Shown here piece after piece: positions 23,718 through 35,789 of a stretch of 64,000 nt of DNA. Both the position numbers and the translations under genes were made by a program. The notes beneath the pieces are model-generated. The model saw only the letters and a program-made list of their open reading frames with translations, was not told the DNA's origin and made no database searches. Location: assembly GCF_964204645.1 (NCBI RefSeq), contig NC_134031.1:17161807-17225806 (forward strand). Reading direction: 5' to 3'. The DNA is from Tubulanus polymorphus (lineage: Eukaryota; Animalia; Nemertea). Numbering within the stretch: the first letter of the stretch is position 1; each line of letters opens with the position of its first letter.

Positions 23718-24191
23718 TATTTCTGTTTGAATTTATGGTACTAAGTGTACGTCGCCAACATTATGATAGACCCAATTATGAGGAGTTTCACAGTATGTCT
23801 GTATGACCTAGAGAACAACGAACAATCAATTGAGACCTACAAAACCGTTTTTAATAGAAATTAAATATTTCATCAGCACAGAAATACAAGAACTAGTGAA
23901 TGGGTGCAATGCACAAAAGTTTTACTCCGTTAAACTGAGCAGTTTTCAGTGTATTCAACCATCACTGTCTCAGACTAGCACCTCGGTTTTACTGTTTGTA
24001 CGAAACTAACAATGTTATTAAGCTTAAGCAGAACGTTTAATCGAAATAAACCTCTATAACAATCGCGCACTACATCCGTGTGTCATCGACAACATATTTC
24101 ATCTCTTAACGAAATATTTGAGGTCATTCGTCTGAAAAAGTTCATCGCAGCAGCTTCGGTGTTTATCGCTAACTACGGTATAAGTGATCTA

Positions 24192-24374
24192 CAGTAGACT
24201 ACCCCCCCCCCCCCAGTCAGATCTGTTCAACTCGGATTTTCTTTTAATTATTTCTTGTGACACTATATATGAAATACATAACATCTGACAGGGTATCACT
24301 CTCAAATCGGACTTGCATAGAAGTCGGAAGTATTTTAAGGGTCCCAAATGATCCGATTTGAGCGAAGTCTACTG
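24192..24374. mobile_element. Tigger-like MITE
   Basis: TA|CAGTAGACT...AGTCTACTG termini with an internal ctcaaatcgga/tccgatttgag inverted repeat. Confidence 0.55.
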
Positions 24375-24604
24375 TCGTTTCAGATATCACTAGCTAAAGT
24401 GTAAATGCACATTTACGAACACTACAGCGACACTGATCAAAAAGTTGGCACGGTGGTTTCATATATTGCTGTACTGTATTAATCACTCGGCAGGTTGTAT
24501 ATCACCTATGAGTCAATAATAAGGTTAAACCTTAGAGTTAAGAGTCGATACTATTCAATAAAACTGGACCATTTTGATTACTGACTGATTTATCATTCAT
24601 TTAT

Positions 24605-27600
24605 TTAATCGTCTGCCAATAAAGCGAACGGGTTGCTCGTCGTAGCCGTATTGTTTTCGTCCGACGCCGACGATTCGCTGCTCGCGTTGTCCGCTTCTTC
24701 GCCGAAATCAGAACCTTCCGTCGTTGAACCTTCCGAGATGATGTCGTCCGATTTATTACCGATGATCGCTCGCTGCCATTCGAGGACTTGCGCCGCTTCG
24801 GGATGTTCGTGCCATTCATCTGGAATAAGTCGAAATTGTGATTTTAGGCACACCAGATAAAAAATCTTAACGGGGTCCCTACAGATCAATCATTCCTGGA
24901 TGTAATCTCAGAATGATGTCATCAATATCGACGCGCAACCGCGAGTGTCCTGTTGCTAGGGGCGTTGCTACGGGCTTTTCTCGGGATTGGATAATGATAT
25001 TTAATTTTTTTTCCACAAAACTACTATAGACGCATATGGTAATCATTTTATACAAAAAAAATTAGATTCAAAATTTTTTCCTAAACCTCTTCATGACTCC
25101 TTTAAGGAGGAAATCTCATGGAATCGTTTGCATAATTTCATATCCCAATCACTGAAGACTTCTCGGTGAACCGTTAATTCAGTGGTTTTAATGAACATGT
25201 AGTAATATATCGATTAACAACTTTTGACTGTCCAAACAAACTGGCACATAGGCACGGGTCAAATGTTCGGTACCAGAAGAAATGTCTTCATTGAAGAGAG
25301 ATTCTCTTACTTGAAAATGACTATCTTATTTGGGTCCCAAGTAAAACGCATTAGTAAAGGGAGGTTTTAATTGTGTAGAGGCGTTCACTGTGGGATGTTG
25401 TACTATACTAAAAATATAGAAATTACCTATTTTTTCCGAGTATCCCGGAGGACGCATACACAAACATAGTCGACCATCTAACGCCATACGTAGAATATTA
25501 TTAGCAGCTCGATATGTATCGTTTCTTGCAGCCTTCGCCGTGAGGAAGCCCCGCTTTTCCGCCCAAGCTAGAAAATAATGAAAAACACCTCATAGAACTG
25601 ATAGAGAAATTCATATTTTATGTCATACAGAAATTATTTCATCCCTCAAACAACCTGCTGAGTGCTTATCATCTTAGCAGGCTTAAAGTTCTATTTTTCT
25701 AGTGTAAAAAATATCGATCAAGGGACCACTGCAACGATTTGAAAGCGCGTAACACCTAGCTTAAAGCACTTGAACACTGCCTGCTCTAAACCAGAAGAAT
25801 CCTACGTATGAATAACATAAGGCTTATGCCTGGATTTGAAAATGTCTTAATTTGACACACTTACCATCGCAAATATCAAACGAAGACCACTGAATATTTG
25901 CTCCTTTCTGTTCTGAAGCTTCGGGATGCGTGAGTTGTAACAGTTTGATGACAGGTATTCGCTCCGCTAAAAACTGTACGGCCGAATATGGCTCGCGAAC
26001 TTGCGCTACGGGATAAATTCCAGCCAATATCTGAAATATGGCAAAATCACTATTGAAACAAATGAAAGATGCTGCCGAATGCCTATAAAATACTTCACCA
26101 AGTAAACTTTGCCCAAGTCAGATAAAATAAGTGCTATCCTAGTTATATGTACATCTACAATACAGGTTCAGAAGTATCCTAACTTGAACAGTTATCCAAG
26201 TTGGTCAGATCGGACTTAAGGTCTAGAGTTATGTTTTTGTATACTTCAGTTAATCCAATTTTAAAACTACTCAATTTAGCTACTCTTTTAACGGCAAATA
26301 ACTCTGATATTTTTAGGAAAACTACCGAAGCAAAATATCGACAGAAATATGGAGCCATAGCTGTACCTGAAGTGGTTTTGCTACGAGTGATGGGAAGACT
26401 AGACCAGGACAATCGCACATTTTCACTTTCGGCGTGAGGAAAATCGTTTGAAAATGCTTCGTATGACCCGGCGTTCGCGATACGCTGACAACCTGAAATA
26501 ACGATCAGAAAATACATTTTAAACTCGACGACAAGTAAAAACAACGCAACAATCCGAGTAGCTTGAATTTACCTTTTTACCGACCAATCCATTTATTAAC
26601 GTTGACTTGCCTACATTTGGATAACCTGAAGAGATGTATGAAATTAGAAACGATTCGAGTAGATTTGTAAAAAGTTGAGTCTATTTCCAGTCTTGATGAA
26701 TATCATTAAGAGAAACCCACGATATCGATGTAAATGACTGTTATTGATTATTTCTTTGAAAATTTCAAATAAACTCTGAATATGGGTGGAAGGATTCAAA
26801 AAACAATAACAGTTGTTTAAATTGATATTGTGGGATTCTTCTCTCAATGAGATTCAGTAGAAATTTGAAATGAAATGAACGCGAGGTGATTTGTTATCGG
26901 ATAAAATTCCTTACCTACACAACCGATCGTTAGTATTCCGTCTTTATAGCGTTCTTTCTGTAAATAATCGCCGTCGTCTTCTTCTTGAACGACCTCCGAC
27001 TCGGCGACGTTTTCGCCGGCGATTTCCAGTTCGATTTTATCCTGCCAAGAGCTGAGGTCCACTGCGAAATCGGCGAGAAAATTGTCGAGTTAACATCAAC
27101 GAATTCCCAGTGGAAAATAGTAGAATAAACGGGGCGGGTTTCGATCGGACGTATTGAACGCGATTCCAGAATATGGTTGATTGAAATTTGGACAACAAAA
27201 TCTCAAACGGCTTTGTATCAGGTCTATGATATTTTGGAATAAGTATTGTATTCTGGTTGAAACAAACGCGCCGATAAAGTAGCCGAGAATCGAATGAAAA
27301 CCTGTTTTAGTAAAGCCTACTTAATCCTGATCAAGTTTGTAAATTATCTAAGCCTGCTTAATCTGCTACTGAAAATATAGCTGCTTCGAATGTCTTTCGA
27401 GGGCGCTTTGGACAGATATTCTGGACAGACTTAGTTAACCGTAAATGATTAATTAATAGATCAAAATCAAAAGGAAGCCGGTTAGCCTGTATTATTTTAC
27501 CTTGGTCCTTTACAATGTTATCACAGGCTTGCCACAGTTGTCGAGGTCCTATCGCTACGTAATGGCCCCGCCTTCGTTTTTTGTGTAATACTGCAACCAA

Positions 27601-29981
27601 ATCCAAAAAAAAAAAATGAAATATTGAAAATGTTGGGAAGGAATAACCACCGATTGAGGTGAATCCATGTAAAGCGATATCCGCACGTCAGTAGAATAAC
27701 TGTAAACATGATGATTAAATGATAGCAAATATTATAACTGACCTTTGCCGGGGTCTTTTTCTTCTTTTTCGGAATTCTTGAAATCTTGCGGATACGACGT
27801 GAAACAGATGATGTGTATTTCGGGATAGCACTTTCGGAAATAATGTTTCCACGCGATGACGAGTCCGGGTGGAGCCAGATCTATTTTATTCAATACGAGC
27901 ACGATGTGTTTACCAAGGTCTCTCGTCACGTGGTTGTAAAGAGCGGGCGAAAAATGTAGAGCCTAAAACAACAGAAAATTCTAGATTGAGGTCGATGCCA
28001 CTAATCTAGTCACCCAGAGGACCAGATCCACTGTTGTCTGTCCAAAAAAATCCTGGTTCTAACTGAATTGATTTAAGCATAGTTTACAATACAACTACAA
28101 ATATTTCTTATTGCATATTTCTAAAAATTGTTTGGAGTTTTGGGCATTTTGCTCAAATTAAAAGGCTGCAAAGCTTCAAGTGCCTTCAAAGGCTTTTAAA
28201 AGCATTTTCTGTTTAGAAGCAATTTTTATCCAAGGAATCAAGAATTGTAGGGACCCTGTATAACCATTACTGAAAAACAATGTTCGTGTTGTAAAGATAA
28301 TTCTATTTACCGGATGTCTGATATCCGTGATCAGCAGTACTATATCGGACATTTCCAGGACTCTCCATAATTGTCGCCAAGTTTCCAAATTCACTTCGAA
28401 ATAACTGAGTTCTTCTGGACTATGCTTGTCGAAAATTCCATCTAGATATTCCTTTAAAAAAAAATACAAGACAATTTCCATGTGTACAGGGTATTTTACC
28501 AATTTTTTCAATACAATCTAGTAATGGAATATATCTATGAAATATTAGCTCGATTTCGCGAAAAAGATTTCCATACCTTGAAATATTTTTCTTCCCTGTC
28601 ATCCAATTTTTCTTTCGATAAATTGAAATTCCACGTGGGACGTTTAGGCATATCTAGAACAGTTCCGGGTTGGTATATTGTATCGACGTCTAACTCTAAA
28701 GCTGTCTGAAAATAGGAAGTTTATGAAGATGTTTTTGATGTTTTTGATCCGTTATGCCTGACGATGGCTAATAGCCTTTAGCCGAAATGTTGCTCAAATA
28801 TATAGGCCTGAACCTTTTATGCAAGAACTTTAAACCTAGGGCTGAATTATTATCGTGGGGTTTCACTCGTAGATTCTTTTCTGAATAGTGGGTTTAGTTT
28901 TTTCGATCTAATATTCATTCGAGTCTTACGTCTGATAGAACGGAGAACGGTTCATACGCTCGTCGTTTTCGTTTTTCCAATTCTTCTTTCGTTTCGTGTA
29001 GAAAATGTAATCGATATCTGAAATTGTCAAAAACGCGAAGATAATGAAAACTGTTTACATAAATGCACATTTTACACATCATGTTCCAACAAGGGAACTT
29101 CCTTTGAGTCACGTTACCACGCGTCTAGTCAAACCTGTCACCCAAAGGTCATTTGGCAGTAGAGCTTTTTAAGTCCACTGCCCCAGCTTTACTATCTTTT
29201 TTACTAGCTTTACTATGTTTTACTATCTAGTATTCGGGAATCCCATCTGTCAACGCTTTTAAACGAAACCTCAAGACTTATCTTTTTAGGAAGGCTTTTA
29301 TCATCATATGATGTCTCTTACAACTTGTTATCATATTCTTGTATTCCAATAGTGTTTTAATTATTTTATGGTTTCCTATATTATTATTCATTGTAAAGCG
29401 CTAAATTATTATAATCATTACTATCATGAATTTTAGCCTGACGGATAATGATTCAAACATTAGTCTGGCATTTTCAAAAAAAGAAAAAACAGAACGCGCA
29501 ATGATCATTATGATACCAGTTCACCGAGAACCTCAATGTCAGAGGGTGGGTGGTTCATGGGAGTTCTTAGTACACGCAGTATATATGGAGCGCCACAAAC
29601 CAGCCGCTCTCAGGACTGGGTGAAAATACCAGGATGATCATCAGACAGGATGAAATAGCGATATCGGTACCTGTTTGGGTCGTATCTTTTGTCCGATTTC
29701 GTTTGCGGTTGAAGGTTGACTTTCTTCACATCGATAGAATTATCGGAATCGTTATCTTCGGAATCGGTAAGCCCGCGGTACATATGCTTTTTTATCGGTC
29801 CTTTGTGCCCTTTACGTTAAAAATGGAATAAAACCCGACTATATTTTAACTATTGTGAAGCAGTTAAAAAAAAAAAATCTGCGATTTAATCAATACCGTC
29901 ATCTCTCTTGCTAGCTCGCTTCTCCTTTAGCTGTTTCTTCTTAAGCTTCGAACTGAAGGGTTTTTTACGATGTGGTGGCAT
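24605..29981 (-). CDS. GNL1: Guanine nucleotide-binding protein-like 1 (circularly permuted YlqF/YawG GTPase); 13 exons: 29981-29897, 29809-29671, 29017-28930, 28705-28577, 28451-28311, 27962-27743, 27590-27501, 27061-26915, 26625-26573, 26492-26367, 26030-25865, 25567-25427, 24819-24605
   Basis: MPPHRKKPFSSKLKKKQL N-terminus, YDPNRYRLHF, SYFEVNLETWRQLWRVLEMSD, G4 NKID preceding G1 GYPNVGKS, SRTPGHTKHFQT, G3 DCPG, and C-terminal NPFALL. Confidence 0.95.
29232..29425 (+). mobile_element. L2-type LINE 3' end in a GNL1 intron
   Basis: Translates to IPSVNAFKRNLKTYLFRKAF, followed by a gtaaagcgct and (att)n-like tail typical of L2-group elements. Confidence 0.65.
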
Positions 29982-30366
29982 AGTCACTAAGTCAGTCAGT
30001 TATTCTTTGATTAACAAATTAACTATGGCCAGCTCTGTACAGCCAATAGTCGAATCAACAAGAAGTTTGCGACGATGAATATAAAATAGAATTCCCCTTA
30101 TCGTTATTATACCACCTAGAAAATATCAGAAGAAAAGGTAATTATACATTTATGACAGATCGAAATAAAGTACATTGAGTTGAATTGATTTGAAATGAAC
30201 CAGTGTTTAAACGTATGTCGCCGACGCAAAAAGACGTTGTCAATTAATATTCTCTATTATGGAATCTAATATGGCAATACCTGAATATCTATCTTTATCT
30301 CAACACTCGTAATTTGGTCACATTTCTAAGAAATGCATCATTTCCATCACTTTAGCTTTAAGCGAA

Positions 30367-30619
30367 TTTTTATTTCCGGATTAGTGTTCGCCGTAAGTAC
30401 GTGGCGGCAGCACCTCCATTGAGTAAAATGATAGTTTTTGTAGATTGGCCGCTTGAAATAGATTTAAAGAATAGCAATTAAAATCACGTTCAACATTAAC
30501 ACAAATATATCTCCCTTTTTAAAGCATTCGGAGATGAGAAATAAGTTTAGGATATCTCTCCGGTGCCGGAAAGTGCTGCGACCTGGTGGCGGAGTACGAC
30601 ACCAACCCGGAAATAAAAA
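30367..30619. promoter_or_regulatory. Inverted repeat in the GNL1/ATAT1 bidirectional promoter region, with a CTCF-like motif
   Basis: TTTTTATTTCCGGATTAGTGT..GCAGCAC (30367-30413) mirrors GTGCTGC..ACACCAACCCGGAAATAAAAA (30573-30619). The right arm reads CCACCAGGTCGCAGCAC on the minus strand. Confidence 0.45.
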
Positions 30620-30893
30620 TTTGACAGCCCAAAAACAAAACTACCGATGAAAATAGCAACAGCATGAGTTCGAGGAATTTTAGACTGTGCGACTCTTGAT
30701 GTTTGCACCGTGGTGTTAATTTGGCTTAAGTTGACAGTGAATCTACGACCGCCATCATTAGAAAAGATCTGTAATTTTTGGCCTTTTTGCTCCTTATCGA
30801 TTCGAATCGAAGCAAGTTGAGTTTTGGACTTGGAGGAGAGAGAATATCGATATTTACTTTTGGAAAAGAAAGATCTGAATACTCAAGCCCAAA

Positions 30894-33800
30894 ATGGAAT
30901 TTGCGTTTGATGTGAACTGCTTGTTCGAAGGCGATGTGTGTATTCTTGACAATCGATTGCTTCCCGTTAAAAATGATACGATTAACAGTACCATCAAAAT
31001 GACGTCTAGGTAAGAACAATTCTAATTCATTGGCCTGTGCTACAGTACGGCACAACAAGGGCAGGTCACATATAGCTAGTGAAGTATCTATCACTAAAGA
31101 GATGAGAGTTTGTACCGTGAGCCCTATGAGAGGAACCAATGCTAGGCACCAAATTTTCCACACCAAATTTCCAAAAAGAGTGGGATGTTTTCATACATGT
31201 GCCTGTAGGGTTCATCCAGCCCTGTTAATGCGATAGTGTGTTCGTCATTTCGTAGAATTTCGTAGGCCTACTGTATTCGGTCCAATTTGTAATTTCAGGT
31301 CACAAACGCACAAGGCACAGTTTATGGAAATCCTAGATAAAATGGGAGAAGCATCTGCTAAGGTATGATATCATCGAGCTACTCGGTACTGGTTTAATCT
31401 GCAAACATTCCGGGATGACCAATCCTTTGTTGGTTCACTACCTGGTGCCGCAGTTTCATAAATTTGTACGGTACATCTTGGTGTTCAGTCGATCCAGCTT
31501 TAAAAGGATAAAAGCAGAGGAGTGTTCATTGTTCCTTTTCAGAAATTGTCTCAAGTGATTAATCTCTACTACAAGAGAAATCGGGATGTAAAGTACACCT
31601 GGTGATGGCTAATTTAAATAGTGTTTAGTCGAAACGTTGTTCAATTATATATAAACACTTCTATTCAAGAACTTTACATTTTGGCTGAATCTAATGTGGG
31701 TTTCTCTTGTATATTCATGGATACTGTATATCTCGTCGGCTTATCTCTATGACGGTTTATTCATCTATTTAGGCTCAAAATCTGCACGGTCCGATAACAA
31801 GTGGTAGAAAATTAGAAATATCCGATCATAAACTCTACCTGATAAAAGATCCTAATGCTAAGTAAGTACCGGTACATTTTTGATGCTATAATGAGTGCAC
31901 CGAACCTCCCTTGTTTTCAGGGTACGTAGCTAGTTCGAAAAAATCTGAAAAATGCTTATATTTAGGAAAAATTTAGGCTTGGCCCTGATGATTGCTTAAT
32001 CTTGACCGTGCTAAGAAGTACTTACTTATGGACTCGATCTCATCACAGGACAAATCGAAATTGCAACATGCGACTGAACAGCTGAATTTTATGATGCAAT
32101 CAGTTTAGGACCTGTTTTGGGTATATAAGAGGGATGACCTGTCTCTGGTATTTGGGAATTAATGTTCAACGATTTATTTGCAGCGCGATCGTCGGAATTC
32201 TGAAGGTCGGTCGTAAGCGACTGTTCGTTTACGACCACGAGGGCAAACAACACGAAGTGAAACCGCTGTGCGTTTTAGATTTCTACGTGCACGAATCACG
32301 GCAAAGGACCGGCTGCGGAAAACAACTGTTCGAATTTATGTTGAGGGTAAAATTTGTGTTTCTTGTCATTCACTGTTTTTCAGCTTATCAGCTCATTTTC
32401 TAAACTGCAATATATATGTAATCAGTTCATTTTCGATTACCTTCACCATGATTTTTAGAAAAAGTTATGTACAGGGTAGATAGGCAGCTGGCCGGGTCAA
32501 CTTTTAATCCAAGCAGAAATGAGAAACAAGGTATAAATTTTTTAACCCAATAGCCAAATTCTGCCGTTTTCAAATTTGCAGAGCGAAGGTGTCAAGGTTG
32601 CGCATTTAGCGATCGATCGTCCATCGCACATGTTCTCGTCGTTCTTGAAGAAACATTATAACCTGAAAGCGACCATCAATCAAGTGAATAATTTCGTCAT
32701 ATTTCAAGGATTCTTCAGAGATAGACCGTCAGGTAGGACACTAACTCTGACTCTACCGGTGGCTTTTCTAGTTATCCGGTATAAATGTTCTGCTCCCTTC
32801 GGTACATATTGTTAGAAAATTCATCAACCTTCGCTGGGAATCGGAATTGATGGTATCTATCACCAATCGCCGATGTACCGCTCCCTGATAAAGCACCACC
32901 CATGCCTAACATTAGGTTTTTTTTTAAACGAAATGTCACTATTTTTTCTGGGAACTAGTCAAACTTGCATCGTACTCTCTGGATCGCCAAAGTTCTATAT
33001 CACTGATGTCGGCGGCGGTATATCCATTGTTGATTACCCGGGTAGTATGAACCCCTGCCATAGTATACTGGGTGCAGCTATTGCGAATATTCTGCTCTAA
33101 AGTGTTGAACCGTGAGGAGATGAATCACTGTAGGTTAATCAATATGCTTGGTTAATGATGATATCATAATTTGCTATGCGAATATCTGTGCACCTGGATT
33201 ACTGTGGTAGGGATTCATTGGAGGGTCATCAGGTTTGAATCGGTATTCGGTTCATTTGTACATATTATCGATAATACTTAACTTCGGTTTAAGTTACAAC
33301 ATTTCTTTGTTTATGCGGGGACTTGACATTTATCGTTATCATGTTTCACTATTCATCAATGTGACAGATGTTCTAGTTTAGTGTTACATACGTTTAGAAA
33401 TAAATGTGTATTTCATCTTTTACGTCAAACTCTGTATTCTATTTCCTCTGTGGCCGGTTCCATAGGTGAGACTTAAGTCCTTAAGTCATCTTAGATCTTA
33501 GTACTGGTCTTAACCTGTTAGATGAGGTTAAGAACTAAGATGGTGTTAGACTGGTCTTGAGTCTATGACTATGGAACTGACTATGACTATGGAACTCCCC
33601 TCAGAATCCTATGCGTATTATTATCGGCTGTCTTCTTTATCTAGATTATGTTCTGTTATGCTTGTCTCTCAAGTCTTTATATTCGTTTCTATTTGTTGTT
33701 TTCGCATGTGTTCCGTAGAATCAAGGCGATCCAAACCTCCCCTACACCCTTATAGAAAACGAGGTGAGTGAACGATCGGGTTCTTGAGTCGTATTACGGT

Positions 33801-35789
33801 ATTTTTTTTTTTTGTCGCCAGTTCCACTATGCTGGGTATAGATTTATTCTCTGTAGTCTGTCAAGATGAACATCTAGAAATCGATGTTACATTAACTCTC
33901 AGATCAGATTGATGTGAAAAATCATGAGAATGGGTTGAATTTTGATCCCATTATTATGCCATATACCTTGGCAAATTCATTTTCAAATATTCTAGACTTA
34001 CTAGAATCAAGTATACCTGTATGAATTAACCCATAACTGTGGAACTGGAAACTGTTTTTCAAGGCTCTTACTCCTCTGTGGTTCTAGGAAATTAAAAAGA
34101 TTGAACCTCTAATTAAATGTTTCTGAATGATTTATCTTTTTACATTTTAGCTGAATGTGTGGGTAGCCGGTTGTCACTGAGATCTCAACAAAAACAACAA
34201 CAAAATCAAATCCAAGAGGTACATTCATTAGAACTTTAGAAAACTACTACCGGTAAACACTGTGTAAAATACACGGTATAGAGCTTTTGAATTGTGATGA
34301 ATTTTATCATTTATTCCATTTCAGAAAGAAGCTTTACAGGAAATACCCGCGCGACCAGTGTCTTGTCATGAGCTCAATCCGACTAGAAGCGATTCTCGAT
34401 CTTCGAACCCGGATATTGCGTAAGTTCTTTCATGATTCCAGGTGAAAATTACGCAGACATATTTGCCTAGCGGTATTAATATAAGATTTTTCGTTTAAGA
34501 AATCAACTCGGTGGACTGACGTTGACGAATCAACGCGATTACGGAGGTGCTAAATCGAGAAACTACAGTCGACACGATATCTCCTCGCCAGTGCCGTCTT
34601 TACCTAGCGTGGAAAACAACACTTCTACCTCGGCTCCTAGTAAAAAATTACAGTCTGCTAAACAAGGTTCGTAAAATGCTGAAAATCTTGATGAAAACAC
34701 TCTGTCCATGCTGTTATGATAATATACAATCCCGCAATAACAAAGCAAAAATATTTCCGTGCCCTTAAGTTTCGACTTTATCCTAATAGCTATCTTCAGC
34801 AGGGGTGGTCTCCAGGATACGCACCCCTGCCTTCTGATAAAGTTACAGAAGTTGCATGTATTCGGATGTATTTCTTCATAAATATCTTACACTGAGGTCG
34901 GGTCTCGCTGGATGTGCTATATAATATGGGGAAAGTCTTTTCCTTTCTTCTGGACCCTTGCCTCCCAATTTTCCGAAGGAAGATTTTTGCTTAAGGAATA
35001 CTACAAAAAAACTGCGTTATCTCATAATTTTGTTGTAACTTACGAAAGTATTCCTGAGGATAATATCGTAAATGCCATGCCAGTACTTACAGTACATGAA
35101 ATTAGGAGGTCGGGATTGAATTGTTGTCTATTCGTTGTATTTTCCAGTTATCGTCGACCCACCGTTATTACAAAGAGATGGACCACCGAAAGAGTACAAA
35201 ATACTCACGAATACACCAGAACCGAGGCTAATTCAACCCTCAGGTCATACGACTTTACTATACGAAAAACCAAGTAGTGTAAATGATAGGAAAATAATGC
35301 CGAGGTTTGTATTATTTCTTGATACTATGGTAAAATAAGTGAAATCTGCTGCCATAGTTCAGTCTTTGATTCTCCATTCCTTTCCCATGGAACGAAAATA
35401 TCCAAATTTTCATAGCTACTCAATTAGGAAAAGCACAAACCCTGCAGCTATGGTACAGATCAATTGAGTGCATTGTATACCTCTTTTGCTAAAAGGTTTT
35501 TGGTAACAATTTGATTCATAAACTGCATGATTTGTCCTGAATGATTTGCAAATTTCATGTATTTTTATCGAATTTTAGTTGAATATGAATGTTATATCTC
35601 TTTTCTTTTTCATATAGTATCAATAATAAACCATCCAGTGCGACATACGGAATGATCCCCGATGGAATTACGAGAGACTTTTACACGGCGCATAGCGCAA
35701 AACCGCAAAATATCGAAACGTCGTGGACTGTGTTCGGCGTGCCTCCGAACTATCGCGGACGGACCTGGCACCATACGAAACTATGGTGA
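30894..35789 (+). CDS. ATAT1: Alpha-tubulin N-acetyltransferase 1 (MEC-17); exons 30894-31009, 31299-31362, 31773-31861, 32184-32346, 32582-32732, 33719-33763, 34151-34218, 34325-34419, 34500-34666, 35148-35304, 35618-35789
   Basis: MEFAFDVN start, [56 protein letters not shown] and [12 protein letters not shown]. The low-complexity tail exons are less certain but splice in frame to HHTKLW*. Confidence 0.93.
33451..33580. mobile_element. Palindromic Harbinger-like MITE
   Basis: ggccggttccatag...ctatggaactgac termini; related copy at ~41425-41565. Confidence 0.55.

Noticed and set aside
30726-31166. 146-aa minus-strand ORF
   Set aside because: It has a non-ATG start, overlaps ATAT1 exon 1 antisense and has no recognisable motifs.
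31911-31927. ttttcAG-G-GTACGT as a 1-nt microexon or recursive splice site in ATAT1 intron 3
   Set aside because: Direct splicing 31861->32184 is already in frame and inclusion would frameshift. There is no further support.
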